From Rhodospirillales bacterium (lineage in GTDB: Bacteria > Pseudomonadota > Alphaproteobacteria > Rhodospirillales > UBA2165), in NCBI GenBank assembly GCA_046582495.1, contig JAYGEG010000160.1, positions 81,236-145,235 on the forward strand: a stretch of DNA of 64,000 nucleotides. Direction: 5' to 3'. The notes beneath the pieces are model-generated. The model was not told the origin of the DNA and did not search any database. It was given only the letters and a program-made list of their open reading frames with translations. Made by a program: the position numbers and the translations under genes. Of the stretch, positions 17,684 to 27,180 are shown in pieces (positions within the stretch are counted from its first letter, which is position 1; each line of letters opens with the position of its first letter).

Positions 17684-18706
17684 GTGACCAGTGAAATTGA
17701 ATTTTTAACCGACCACATTCCTGAGCCGGGCGAAGTGTATGAAATAACGCCGGGCATTCAGTGGATCAGGATGCCGCTGCCGTTTCTGCTCAACCATATC
17801 AATCTCTGGATGATCGAAGAGGAAGACGGCTGGGTCCTCATTGATACCGGCATTAATGACGAGCGAACCAAAGAGATTTGGCGCGATATCTTTGGGCGTG
17901 TACTCAATGGCAAGCCGCTCTCCAGATTGGTCTGCACCCATGCGCATCCGGATCATATTGGTCTCGGGGGATGGATCCATGAAGAATATGGTGCTGAGTT
18001 GGTTATTACCCGCGAAGAATGGGCCTTTGGCCGCATGATTTCGATGGGGGCGACCAAGGATGAAAAAACCTATTTCGACTATTTCCGCCGCATTGGGTGT
18101 GACGAAGAAAATTTAAATGATTTGGGCAGCCATATTCTTACCGCCGACGAACTTTATCATGATGTGCCGCGGCGCTATGAGCGTATGCGTGATGGCTCAA
18201 CGATCACGATTGCCGGAAAACAATGGGAAGTGATTGTCGGGCTGGGACATGCAGTGGAGCATGCGTGCCTATATTGTCAGGAGTTGGACGTGCTGATTGC
18301 CGGTGATCAAGTGTTGCCAAAAATCACGCCGACAATAATGGTGCACGCACCGGAGCCCGAGGCCGACCCGCTTAAGGATTTTCTCGACAGCAACGAGAAA
18401 CTTCGTCGCCTGCCTGATACAGTTACTGTGTTACCGAGCCATAACCGCCCGTTTACGGGGCTGCATGCGCGCCTCGACCAGTATATAGCCCATCATGACG
18501 AGCGATTGGATGTCGTGCTCAATGCCTGCGATAAGCCGCTTTCTGGCATGGAAGTCGCGGGCGTATTGTTTACGCGAGAATTGGATTTTCATGGCAAGTT
18601 TTTCGCCTCGGGTGAGGCAATGGCACATATTCGGCATCTAGAATATCAAGGCAAGCTCTCGCGAAGCATCGATACAGATGGCGTCGAGCGCTACCTGCGA
18701 GCCTAA
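17684..18706 (+). CDS. MBL-fold metallo-hydrolase
   Basis: 'THAHPDHIGLGG' (HxHxDH) is present, with later His/Asp ligand positions. GTG start. Confidence 0.75.
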   Translation: MTSEIEFLTDHIPEPGEVYEITPGIQWIRMPLPFLLNHINLWMIEEEDGWVLIDTGINDERTKEIWRDIFGRVLNGKPLSRLVCTHAHPDHIGLGGWIHEEYGAELVITREEWAFGRMISMGATKDEKTYFDYFRRIGCDEENLNDLGSHILTADELYHDVPRRYERMRDGSTITIAGKQWEVIVGLGHAVEHACLYCQELDVLIAGDQVLPKITPTIMVHAPEPEADPLKDFLDSNEKLRRLPDTVTVLPSHNRPFTGLHARLDQYIAHHDERLDVVLNACDKPLSGMEVAGVLFTRELDFHGKFFASGEAMAHIRHLEYQGKLSRSIDTDGVERYLRA

Positions 18707-19755
18707 TTTAACGACGGTGGTGCTTCAATCGGGCCGTCGGCGTTTACCCAGGCGTCGATACCGCCGCCGAGATGGCGAATATTTTTAAAGCCTGCGGATC
18801 GCAATTCCTTCAACGCCATCGCCGATCTTTCACCATACGCACAATAGAGCATGAGCTGTTGGCTCGACTGCTGGGTTAAAGCTGCGAGCAGGCCGCCCGG
18901 CTTAATATAGTCGGCAAGGCTTTTGTAGGGGACATGAACGGAGTTTGGGATGACGCCATTTTTTTCGCGTTCCGGGTCTTCGCGCAGATCTATAAAAATC
19001 GCGGCCTTATCTTCAAGCCGAGCAACCGCATCGAAGGCTGGAATGGTACGTTCAGTAATTTCCGGCTCTTCTTGCGACATTCCGATTTTTTGATTGGCCG
19101 GGACGGCGACATCCATCATTTTAGGATTGGCGAGTCCGAGATTGTCCATAATGTCGGTATATTCTTTTGCCGATACGACCTGCAATCGTGGGTTATAGGC
19201 TCTTTCCTCACCGATCGTGCTGGTACTGTCACCTTTATAATCATGACCCGGGTAAACAATCGTTTCATCCGGTAGTTTCAACAGTTTATCGAACAAAGAA
19301 TGATAGGCTTCTTGCGAACTGCCTTGCTGAAAATCTGTCCGCCCGGTTCCTCTAATTAAAAGTGTATCGCCGGTAAACACCATGCCCGGGGAATAAAAAC
19401 TGTATGAATCGTTTGTGTGGCCTGGCGTATACATAACATCCAAACAAACGCCATCTATTTCAATTTTATCGCCGTCCTCTATGCGCATAGAGACAACATC
19501 TGCGCTGCTTTGTTTGCCCATGACAGTAATACAGTTTGTCTCATCCCGAAGCGCACCCAATGCCGTGATGTGATCTGCATGGACGTGGGTATCGATCGCT
19601 TTGGCGAGTTTGAGATCAAGCTCTTCGAATAGTTTTAAATAGCGCTCCACTTTGCTGAGGACGGGATCGATGATGAGTGCTTCACTGCCTGTACCGGAAG
19701 CCAATAGATAGGTGAAGGTACAGGACTCGCTGTCAAACAATTGGCGAAAAAGCAT
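18703..19755 (-). CDS. Persulfide dioxygenase (ETHE1-like)-rhodanese fusion (Blh/PRF type)
   Basis: ETHE1-type motifs 'THVHADH', 'TPGHTNDS', 'TGDTLLIRGTGRTDF' and 'YPGHDY' are present. A C-terminal rhodanese domain carries the active-site loop 'CAYGERS'. Confidence 0.85.
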   Translation of the reverse strand: MLFRQLFDSESCTFTYLLASGTGSEALIIDPVLSKVERYLKLFEELDLKLAKAIDTHVHADHITALGALRDETNCITVMGKQSSADVVSMRIEDGDKIEIDGVCLDVMYTPGHTNDSYSFYSPGMVFTGDTLLIRGTGRTDFQQGSSQEAYHSLFDKLLKLPDETIVYPGHDYKGDSTSTIGEERAYNPRLQVVSAKEYTDIMDNLGLANPKMMDVAVPANQKIGMSQEEPEITERTIPAFDAVARLEDKAAIFIDLREDPEREKNGVIPNSVHVPYKSLADYIKPGGLLAALTQQSSQQLMLYCAYGERSAMALKELRSAGFKNIRHLGGGIDAWVNADGPIEAPPSLN

Positions 19756-19870
19756 TGATGATGTCCCCTGATGAAATTCCTCGTCTAAGTCATCTAGATA
19801 GCATCAATCAAAACAAGTTTCACCTAAATTCTACGTGAGATTGGTGTAGATAAGTGATGCTTGGCAAATA

Positions 19871-20221
19871 TCAGCAAGCGGCTTCTTCACTAACTCCGGA
19901 TTGGGTGGGTTCCATCAATATTTTGCAAATGCTATCAAGGATTCTGGAGGCGTCATTGTCTACCAATGAATAAAAAATCATTTGCGCTGAACGCCTGGTT
20001 TGAACCAACTCGTCTTTCCGCAATCTGGCAAGATGCTGCGAGAGCGCTGATTGACTGAGGCCGACAATATCTTCTAATTCGCCGACGGAATATTCTCTCT
20101 CTTTGAGGCGGCAAAGAATATAGAGACGATGCCGGTTCGCCATTGCTTTTAAAATTTTGGCGCCATCAACTGCACAAAAATCGTTGGGCATGGCGGGGCG
20201 TTCGTTTGTTGAAATATCCAT
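19871..20221 (-). CDS. ArsR-family repressor of the BigR/SqrR persulfide-sensing type
   Basis: An ArsR wHTH ('SVGELEDIVGLSQSALSQHLARLRKDELV') with Cys in 'YILCRL' (helix 2) and 'DSICKIL' (helix 5), the positions of the sensing pair in BigR/SqrR. The start is taken at ATG 20221, 15 nt after the RND stop. The track ORF extends to a TTG at 20236. Confidence 0.75.
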   Translation of the reverse strand: MDISTNERPAMPNDFCAVDGAKILKAMANRHRLYILCRLKEREYSVGELEDIVGLSQSALSQHLARLRKDELVQTRRSAQMIFYSLVDNDASRILDSICKILMEPTQSGVSEEAAC

Positions 20222-20236
20222 TTTAGTTCCAATCAA

Positions 20237-23200
20237 TTATTCAGCCGGTGTGTTCACCACATCGACCGGGGCTTTTATGTTTTTGGGTTTTAATGAGAAT
20301 GAAAATAAGCTGAGTAGAGGTGGTATAATAAGAAGTGTTAAAATTGCAGATAACGACAGTCCGCCAATAACCACTGAGCCCAATCCACTATAAAGCTCGG
20401 ACCCTGCGCCTGGGAAAAATACCAATGGCAGCATACCAAACACACTGGTCAAGGTAGACATAAAAATCGGTCGAATGCGATTACGGGTCGCCTCCATAAT
20501 TGCGTCGTTGGCGTTCATGCCTTCTTCGCGAACATGAACGAGGGTTTGGTGAACCAGCAGAATAGCATTGTTCACCACGATCCCAATAAGAATGACAAAC
20601 CCAAGTAGGGTCAGCATATCCAAGGCTTGGAAACGAATGATATTTAGGATTGTTAGTCCTGCAACACCGCCCGCGGTGGCCAAGGGAACCGAGAACATAA
20701 TGATGAAGGGGTAGATAAAACTCTCAAATAAAATTGCCATCACAAGATAAACGATGACCAAGGCAAGGAGTAAATTGAGCACCATATTGTCGAATGTTTT
20801 GGTCAGTGCATCTGCGGTGCCGCCCATGGTCATGGAAATACCAGGCGGCAATCCCTCGGCTTTTAACTTCGCCATAACGTCTTCACGCACCTGTTCCATG
20901 GCCACTTCCAAGGCAATCGCCCGCGATGGCCGAATACGAAGGGTGACGGTTCGAACGCGCTCCAAATGACGGATTTGATCAGGGCTTGACGTCACCACGA
21001 TTTTTGCCAGTGAGCTTGCCGGCAAAACCAGGCCGGAACGGGTGACAACAGGAAGATTACTTATGCTTTCTGTTCGGTTGATATATTTATCCGGACCCAT
21101 CAAAGTCAAATCCATGCGATTGCCGCCGACAGTCACTTCGGCAACGCGCAATCCATCATTAAAGGCATCAATGGTTTGGCCGAGTTCCTTGGCGGTCATG
21201 CCGTTATCGGATAATGCCCTCGGATCAGGCACCAGTCGGATTTCAGGCGACGCGTTTTGCAAGCCAGGATTAACTCGGATTTGATTGCCCTCGCTACGTG
21301 GGAACATGCGCGATGCAATCTCGTTTGCCCGTCCGGCGACTTCCAAAACGTCATTTAGGTCAGGTCCGGAAATATCGAGATTAATATTACGCCCGCCGCC
21401 GAAACCGCGGCCAAATAAGGAGGTTTGAAAGACAAAGCCGCGACTACCGGGCTCTTGGAAAATAGCACGGCGAATGATGGGTATGAGTTCTTTAGCGCGC
21501 GACGGATCAACCGCAGCGCCGGCTGCTATGGTAAAGCCACGGCGGATAACAAACCAAAAGCGGCTCATCTTAACAGGTCCGTCTGGATTTGCTTCTTCGC
21601 CGTCTGTCGACGCTAAATTTGGCTGCAAGCGCCTAAAAGTATTGGCCGCAATTTCGCGCACCGCGTCTAAATTGTACCCCGGCGGCGTGGCGATCCGAGC
21701 GATGATTAAATTTCGATTGCCTTCGGGTAGGTACTCAAGCTTGGGCAGGAAGACCCATGTCGCAAGACCGGTGATGCCACACACCAAAACAATTGTTGCC
21801 ACCGCAAGTTTTTTATTGTCAATCACCCGGCGGGCGTAGCCAATAATGCAGCGATTAAAAAAGTGCGCAAAATGATCGATGCCGGGAAGACTTAAACTGT
21901 CTGAGAAGTCGCGTATCGGTCCTGCAAGCATTCTATTAGCAAGTGCTGGTATCACCGTGATGGAAACGATCAGCGATAACAGAACTGCGACAGAAATGGC
22001 GACAGCGATGTCGCGGAACAACTGGCCAACTTCAAGGTTCATCACCAATATAGGAACAAACACCATGACGGTTGTTAGCGCAGATACAAAAACCGCTCCC
22101 CACACCTGTTGAGCACCGAGAAGAGCTGCTTCGAACGGTGTTTTGCCTTGTTGGCGTAGTCGGAAAATATTCTCGAGCACAACAATTGCCGCGTCTACAA
22201 CCATACCAACGGCAAAAGCGATGCCGGCTAATGATATTACATTGATTGAGCGACCCAAGGCAGCCATGGCGACAAAAGAGCCAATAACCGAGACCGGGAT
22301 AGCGAGCGAAATAATGGCTGTTGCTCGAAACGAACGCAGGAACAACATAAGAATAAGTGCGGCCAGCAGACCGCCGACGACAATATTTTGCTGCACCAGT
22401 CTGATTGCTGAATTGATATAAACCGTATCGTCATGGACTTGCTTGAGATGAAGCCCTGCATTTTGGAGAACACCTTCGTTTAGCTCCTTAACGGCGGCCC
22501 TTACATTCTCCATCACTTCAATGACATTGACGCCAGTATCGCGGACAACATTAGCAACAATCGATTTGTTGCCGTTATTGAGAATATAGGTCGAGGCTTT
22601 TTTGTAGCTAAATCTAACTTCTGCAACGTCCGAGACACGCACGCGGGCGATGCGACCAGTGGCTTGGTCAACTTGGGTACGGATAATTAGGTTTTCAATA
22701 CGCTCTTCATTGATCAGTTCGTTATCAGTTCGGACAATATAGCGGCGTTTTCCTTCTTCAACGACGCCAGCGGAAATGGATGCGTTGGCATTGCGCATGG
22801 CTGTTACGACGTCTGGAACCGCCAGGCCAAAGCGTGCCATTTTCTGGGGATCGACAATGATCTGGAGTTCCCGGCGTTTTCCGCCGTAGATATTGGCAAG
22901 CGCAATACCCGAAATACGTTCGAGACGGTCGGCTAGAAAATCTTGAAGGAAGGCACCGTAGGTTTGGATATCTCTTTCGTTGCCAGGCAGCTTATTAATC
23001 ACAAACCAGGCAATAGGATTGTCTTCGGAATCGCGCGTCCGGATGCGGGGTTGTTTAGCTTCATCCGGGATGCCGGAAATGTTGGTGAGCGAGTTGCCTA
23101 TCAACATTAAGGCTCTGTCCATATTGGTATCGATCGAAAACTCAAGGCGAATGTAGTTTTGGCCATCGCGACTCGTGCTTGAAATTTCCTCCAAGCCATC

Positions 23201-23422
23201 GAGGCCGGTCAGAGCTTCCTCCTGACGAGTGGTAATCTCTCTTTCTACTTCGATTGGTGATGCGCCCGGCCAGGCGGTGTGTAGAGAGACAACAGGTTTG
23301 CGTAAATCCGGCGTTAGCTGAATAGGGATCAGTTGCAATGCAACAAAGCCCATCAAAACGACCATCAAAACGAGAGATAAAACTGCGACCGGTCGTTTGA
23401 TTGCCATCTCAATTAAGGGCAT
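20237..23422 (-). CDS. RND efflux transporter permease (AcrB/HAE family)
   Basis: A 1061-aa protein with the 12-TM RND architecture and typical sequence throughout. Its start overlaps the adaptor gene stop (TAATG). Confidence 0.92.
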   Translation of the reverse strand: MPLIEMAIKRPVAVLSLVLMVVLMGFVALQLIPIQLTPDLRKPVVSLHTAWPGASPIEVEREITTRQEEALTGLDGLEEISSTSRDGQNYIRLEFSIDTNMDRALMLIGNSLTNISGIPDEAKQPRIRTRDSEDNPIAWFVINKLPGNERDIQTYGAFLQDFLADRLERISGIALANIYGGKRRELQIIVDPQKMARFGLAVPDVVTAMRNANASISAGVVEEGKRRYIVRTDNELINEERIENLIIRTQVDQATGRIARVRVSDVAEVRFSYKKASTYILNNGNKSIVANVVRDTGVNVIEVMENVRAAVKELNEGVLQNAGLHLKQVHDDTVYINSAIRLVQQNIVVGGLLAALILMLFLRSFRATAIISLAIPVSVIGSFVAMAALGRSINVISLAGIAFAVGMVVDAAIVVLENIFRLRQQGKTPFEAALLGAQQVWGAVFVSALTTVMVFVPILVMNLEVGQLFRDIAVAISVAVLLSLIVSITVIPALANRMLAGPIRDFSDSLSLPGIDHFAHFFNRCIIGYARRVIDNKKLAVATIVLVCGITGLATWVFLPKLEYLPEGNRNLIIARIATPPGYNLDAVREIAANTFRRLQPNLASTDGEEANPDGPVKMSRFWFVIRRGFTIAAGAAVDPSRAKELIPIIRRAIFQEPGSRGFVFQTSLFGRGFGGGRNINLDISGPDLNDVLEVAGRANEIASRMFPRSEGNQIRVNPGLQNASPEIRLVPDPRALSDNGMTAKELGQTIDAFNDGLRVAEVTVGGNRMDLTLMGPDKYINRTESISNLPVVTRSGLVLPASSLAKIVVTSSPDQIRHLERVRTVTLRIRPSRAIALEVAMEQVREDVMAKLKAEGLPPGISMTMGGTADALTKTFDNMVLNLLLALVIVYLVMAILFESFIYPFIIMFSVPLATAGGVAGLTILNIIRFQALDMLTLLGFVILIGIVVNNAILLVHQTLVHVREEGMNANDAIMEATRNRIRPIFMSTLTSVFGMLPLVFFPGAGSELYSGLGSVVIGGLSLSAILTLLIIPPLLSLFSFSLKPKNIKAPVDVVNTPAE

Positions 23423-24966
23423 TAGGAAGAACTCCCAATTTTATCACGGAAGAATTTTTGTTTTTCTTCTCGGCTCATACCAAAAAACTTCTGCTTTTCT
23501 TCCGGGCTCAGACTTTGAATCAGGGCGCGGCGTTTTTCGCGGGGAATGCCTCCGCCTGACCCACCCGCATTCGGTCGACCTCCAGAACGATTTGCGCTAG
23601 GTTTCCCGTCGGGTTTGCCACCGGCGCGCCTTCCTGAACGATTCACGCGAACCCGTTGGCCAGGGCGCAACAGCTCATTGCCTTTGATAACAACTTTATC
23701 ACCGGGACGCAGGCCCGATAAAATTTCGAATTTGCCACCGAAAGATTCGCCAATCACAATTGCAGCGGGCCTCACTTTACCTTTTTCAAAGACAAAGACA
23801 ATTCTACCTGACTGGCGGTTTACAATGGCGTCTTTCGACACGGCCACAACATTCCGCGTTTTACCCTGAGGCACCTCAAGAACTACGCTTTGGTTGGCAA
23901 CAAGTTTTGTCTTGGTCGCGGATAAATCAGGATACAAGCGAACGGCGCGGGTGCGTGCCAGCGGATTCTCATCGGGAATAATTGCCCGAACCGCTGCTTT
24001 AATTTTAGTGTTGTCATCGAGTTGAATGTCAATCACGCGGCCGACCGGAACGCCTGACAGCCGAATAGACGGAACATCGGCCTCGATTTCTAAAGTTTCG
24101 TCATCCAAGAGAGTGACAATTGGCGAGCCCGCGGTGATATAAGCACCAGGAGATACATGGCGTACCAATATTGCACCGGCGAAGGGCGCCCGTATCGTCG
24201 CATCTTTCAAATCGATGCGGGCAAGACCGCGTTGGGCGCGGGCACGTTTAAGCGAGGCCGCAGATTCGTCCACGGCAGAGCTTGCTTTCACCACTTCTTG
24301 TTTTTTGTCTTCAAATCGCGCCTGACTGAAGGCAGCAGATTTCCGCAATCTTTGCAGCCGTTTGAGTTCCTGATTTAACAAATCTACCTGGGCCTGCGCG
24401 GATTTCCACTTTGCGCGGGCCTGTAAGACATCGGCGCTGCGCAACTCAGCTTCTAATTTCAGGCGATCAACATTGAGTTCTGCCAGCACTTGTCCTTTTT
24501 TGACGCGGTCACCGACATCAACAAGAACAGATTTGACGCTGCCTTTTATACGGGCGGCGACGGCGCTTTTTTGACTGGCCACAAGGCGGCCGATAATAGG
24601 AAAGGTTTGAACGAGAGGCTCACTCACAACCTCACCAAGCTCTACGAGGGTTGGTGGCCGGCCACGTCGCCGTCCACCTTTGCCACCCGGTTTGCCTTTG
24701 CCGCTAGGTTTGGCCGCAGATTTGTTGCCGGATTTTTTGGAGCTTTTTGCTTTAGCCTGAAAGAATTTTTGTTTTTCCTCCCGGCTCATGCCAAAGAACT
24801 TCTGCCGTTCATCATCTGATAAACTTTGGATGATTGCGCGCCGTTGGTCCTGACTAAGCCCTTGGGCCTGGACAGTATTCAGCGTTGAAAAACTCACGAG
24901 CGTTAAGAGAAAAAAGCTCATTATACCAAAGGATAACTCTCTGGAATTGCTCATATTAAATTTCAT
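23422..24966 (-). CDS. RND periplasmic adaptor (MFP/HlyD family) with duplicated terminal motif and basic Gly/Lys-rich linkers
   Basis: It has a signal peptide and a lipoyl/hairpin/beta-barrel core ('VKKGQVLAELN', coiled-coil 'LEAELRSA...', 'IRAPFAGAI'). The motif 'QSLSxxExQKFFGMSREEKQKFF' appears at aa 41-69 and again at aa 478-506. Confidence 0.85.
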   Translation of the reverse strand: MKFNMSNSRELSFGIMSFFLLTLVSFSTLNTVQAQGLSQDQRRAIIQSLSDDERQKFFGMSREEKQKFFQAKAKSSKKSGNKSAAKPSGKGKPGGKGGRRRGRPPTLVELGEVVSEPLVQTFPIIGRLVASQKSAVAARIKGSVKSVLVDVGDRVKKGQVLAELNVDRLKLEAELRSADVLQARAKWKSAQAQVDLLNQELKRLQRLRKSAAFSQARFEDKKQEVVKASSAVDESAASLKRARAQRGLARIDLKDATIRAPFAGAILVRHVSPGAYITAGSPIVTLLDDETLEIEADVPSIRLSGVPVGRVIDIQLDDNTKIKAAVRAIIPDENPLARTRAVRLYPDLSATKTKLVANQSVVLEVPQGKTRNVVAVSKDAIVNRQSGRIVFVFEKGKVRPAAIVIGESFGGKFEILSGLRPGDKVVIKGNELLRPGQRVRVNRSGRRAGGKPDGKPSANRSGGRPNAGGSGGGIPREKRRALIQSLSPEEKQKFFGMSREEKQKFFRDKIGSSS

Positions 24967-25013
24967 TTTTACTAAGACTCCCGGTACACTCAGGAATATA
25001 ATTTGTGGCGATT

Positions 25014-25038
25014 TTATACCCCAGCCAATGGGGTATAA
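25014..25038. promoter_or_regulatory. Perfect 10-bp inverted repeat (ttatacccca-N5-tggggtataa) upstream of the RND operon
   Basis: The arms lie at 25014-25023 and 25029-25038, 48-72 nt upstream of the adaptor ATG (24966). It is nested inside a second inverted repeat: tcaggaatataatt at 24990-25003 and aattatatttcctga at 25073-25087. Confidence 0.45.
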
Positions 25039-25233
25039 CGGATCACAAACTGAATTCCGTCGCTCTTTTTGAAATTATATTTCCTGAATGTCGCTTTTAC
25101 TTTATATACCCGCACGATTTTTTATTTTTTTGTTATAAAAACACCTAAATCTATAGGGTTAATTTAAATAATTATTTCACAATCAGCAATCTACATTACC
25201 ACAAAAAATTGTAACATTTGATTGATCTTCGGT

Positions 25234-26052
25234 TCACAGAGTGAGTTCTGATGTTTTAGCATCTTTGACTTTAAGTTCGATTTTACGGGCTGTAGATTTT
25301 AGAGTGGCCAAATGGCGTTCAGCTATTTCCTCCGGCGTAGACGCGGACGAGATAAATGTCACGGCAAGCGTCGCTGTGACGCGGCTACCATTCATTATTG
25401 GGATCGCAATGCTTGACGTTTTCCGGTGGCTGTGAAATCCGTCGTCACGCTTGCCATAACCGTGTTTGCGGGTCCAATTAAGCATGCGCTGAACGTAGTC
25501 AGAATCCTGTGCTAGTTTGTCAAATTTGTCTTTTGAGCGCCGCAAGCTTTCCAGAATTTCCAAGCATTCTGCCTCGGGGCAAAAGCTTAAATAGGCGCGG
25601 CCGACAGATGTAACCAGCATTGGAAGGCGCTCACCAACAGACACCCAATCAATCGTAAACGGGCTATAAGCTCTCGTGGTTTCGCGGATATACATAGCGT
25701 CATTTAAAAACGTGATGAGGTCAACCGGCCAGAGAATTTCTTCGACCGCTTCTTGCATGATCGGCGCGGCGATGCTTTGAACCCAGTCTTCCTCGCCAAA
25801 GCCATCGCTTAGGCGCCGCACCAGATGGGTTAAATAATAACGATCATCGGATTCTTGTTGGCGTATATAGCCGAAAGATTCCAGAGCATTGAGCAAACGA
25901 TAGATGGCGGGGCGGGAAAACCCTGTCGTTGCGGCAAGATCCGTGGCCTTCGCGCCTTTAAGATGATTGAGCGTTTCAATGAGCACCAGGAGACGCTCAG
26001 CGCTTTTCACACCTTTATATCTCTGTATTGTATTTTTTTGAGTTTTGGCCAA
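25234..26052 (-). CDS. IclR-family transcriptional regulator
   Basis: A wHTH ('SAERLLVLIETLNHLKGAKATDLAATTGFSRPAIYRLLNAL') plus an IclR C-terminal domain. It is divergent from the deacetylase gene. Confidence 0.8.
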   Translation of the reverse strand: MAKTQKNTIQRYKGVKSAERLLVLIETLNHLKGAKATDLAATTGFSRPAIYRLLNALESFGYIRQQESDDRYYLTHLVRRLSDGFGEEDWVQSIAAPIMQEAVEEILWPVDLITFLNDAMYIRETTRAYSPFTIDWVSVGERLPMLVTSVGRAYLSFCPEAECLEILESLRRSKDKFDKLAQDSDYVQRMLNWTRKHGYGKRDDGFHSHRKTSSIAIPIMNGSRVTATLAVTFISSASTPEEIAERHLATLKSTARKIELKVKDAKTSELTL

Positions 26053-26136
26053 TTTGTAGACCTGTCTCTTTGCTAGTTAAATCAGGTTCAGTGTAGGCTT
26101 TGACCGCATTGCGTACAAATAAAAAGGGAGATTTCC

Positions 26137-27060
26137 GTGGCGACGCGTTTTTACACTCATCCTGTTTGTATCACCCATGAGCCGGGGCCTCACCATCCGG
26201 AATCACCTGATCGGTTGAGATCGGTAATTTCTGCTTTGTCTGATCCCGCCTTTGAAGCATTAGAGCGCAAGGAAGCACCCGAAACGACGGTGGATACAAT
26301 CGCTTTGGTCCATGACGGGAACTTTGTCGAAAGAATATTAAAGTCTGTCCCGGAAAGCGGTTATGCGCAACTTGATCCAGATACCATTCTGTCGCCGGGT
26401 TCTGGTGAAGCGACTTTGCGTGCTGTCGGTGGGATTTGCCAGGCAGTCGGCGACGTGGTTAACGGCGAAGCGGATAACGCTTTTTGTGCCATGCGTCCGC
26501 CGGGCCACCACGCCGAGAGCTCTCGGGCGATGGGATTTTGCGTCTTCAACAGTGTTGCCATTGCCGCCCGTTATGCTCAAAAGCAGTTCGGCATCGATAA
26601 AGTGGCGGTGATTGATTTTGATGTTCATCATGGTAATGGCACTCAGCATATGTTCGAAAATGATGCGAGCCTGTTCTATGGCTCAAGTCATCAGTTTCCC
26701 GCCTATCCCGGAACGGGTGCCGCCTCGGAAACCGGTGTTGGCAATATCGCCAACGTCCCGCTTAGCCCGGGCAGTGGCTCCGATTTATTTCGGGCAGCCT
26801 ATACCGATGTGATATTTCCAGAGCTCCGAGCGTTTAACCCAGACTTGCTGCTGATCTCTGCCGGCTTTGATGCTCATATTCAAGACCCGCTTTGCCAACT
26901 CAATGTCACCACCGATGATTTCGCCTGGATCAGCGACGAGCTTATGGATATCGCCGACGAATGCTGCGATGGACGTCTGGTTTCGACGCTGGAAGGCGGC
27001 TACGATTTGGAAGCCTTGGCCGAGAGCGCAGCGGTCCATGTCCAAGCGCTGATGGGGTGA
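26137..27060 (+). CDS. Histone deacetylase-family amidohydrolase (HDAC/AcuC/acetylpolyamine amidohydrolase-like)
   Basis: 'RPPGHHA', 'DFDVHHGNGTQ' and 'EGGY' motifs are present. GTG start with 'aagggaga' upstream. Confidence 0.85.
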   Translation: MATRFYTHPVCITHEPGPHHPESPDRLRSVISALSDPAFEALERKEAPETTVDTIALVHDGNFVERILKSVPESGYAQLDPDTILSPGSGEATLRAVGGICQAVGDVVNGEADNAFCAMRPPGHHAESSRAMGFCVFNSVAIAARYAQKQFGIDKVAVIDFDVHHGNGTQHMFENDASLFYGSSHQFPAYPGTGAASETGVGNIANVPLSPGSGSDLFRAAYTDVIFPELRAFNPDLLLISAGFDAHIQDPLCQLNVTTDDFAWISDELMDIADECCDGRLVSTLEGGYDLEALAESAAVHVQALMG

Positions 27061-27180
27061 AAAAGAAAGACCAAAATTCTCTTTCGCTTATGCGTATTTC
27101 TGTTTGCCGGATGGGGGAGCGGGAGCGTACACTCCGCGTCAAAATACAGCAAAACGACGAGTCTATAAGGGTTGGCAAAG

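Noticed and set aside
20222-20236. A TTG start making the ArsR gene abut the RND stop with zero gap
   Set aside because: The ATG at 20221 is a more conventional start, and the extra five residues add nothing recognisable. Either choice still leaves no room for a promoter.
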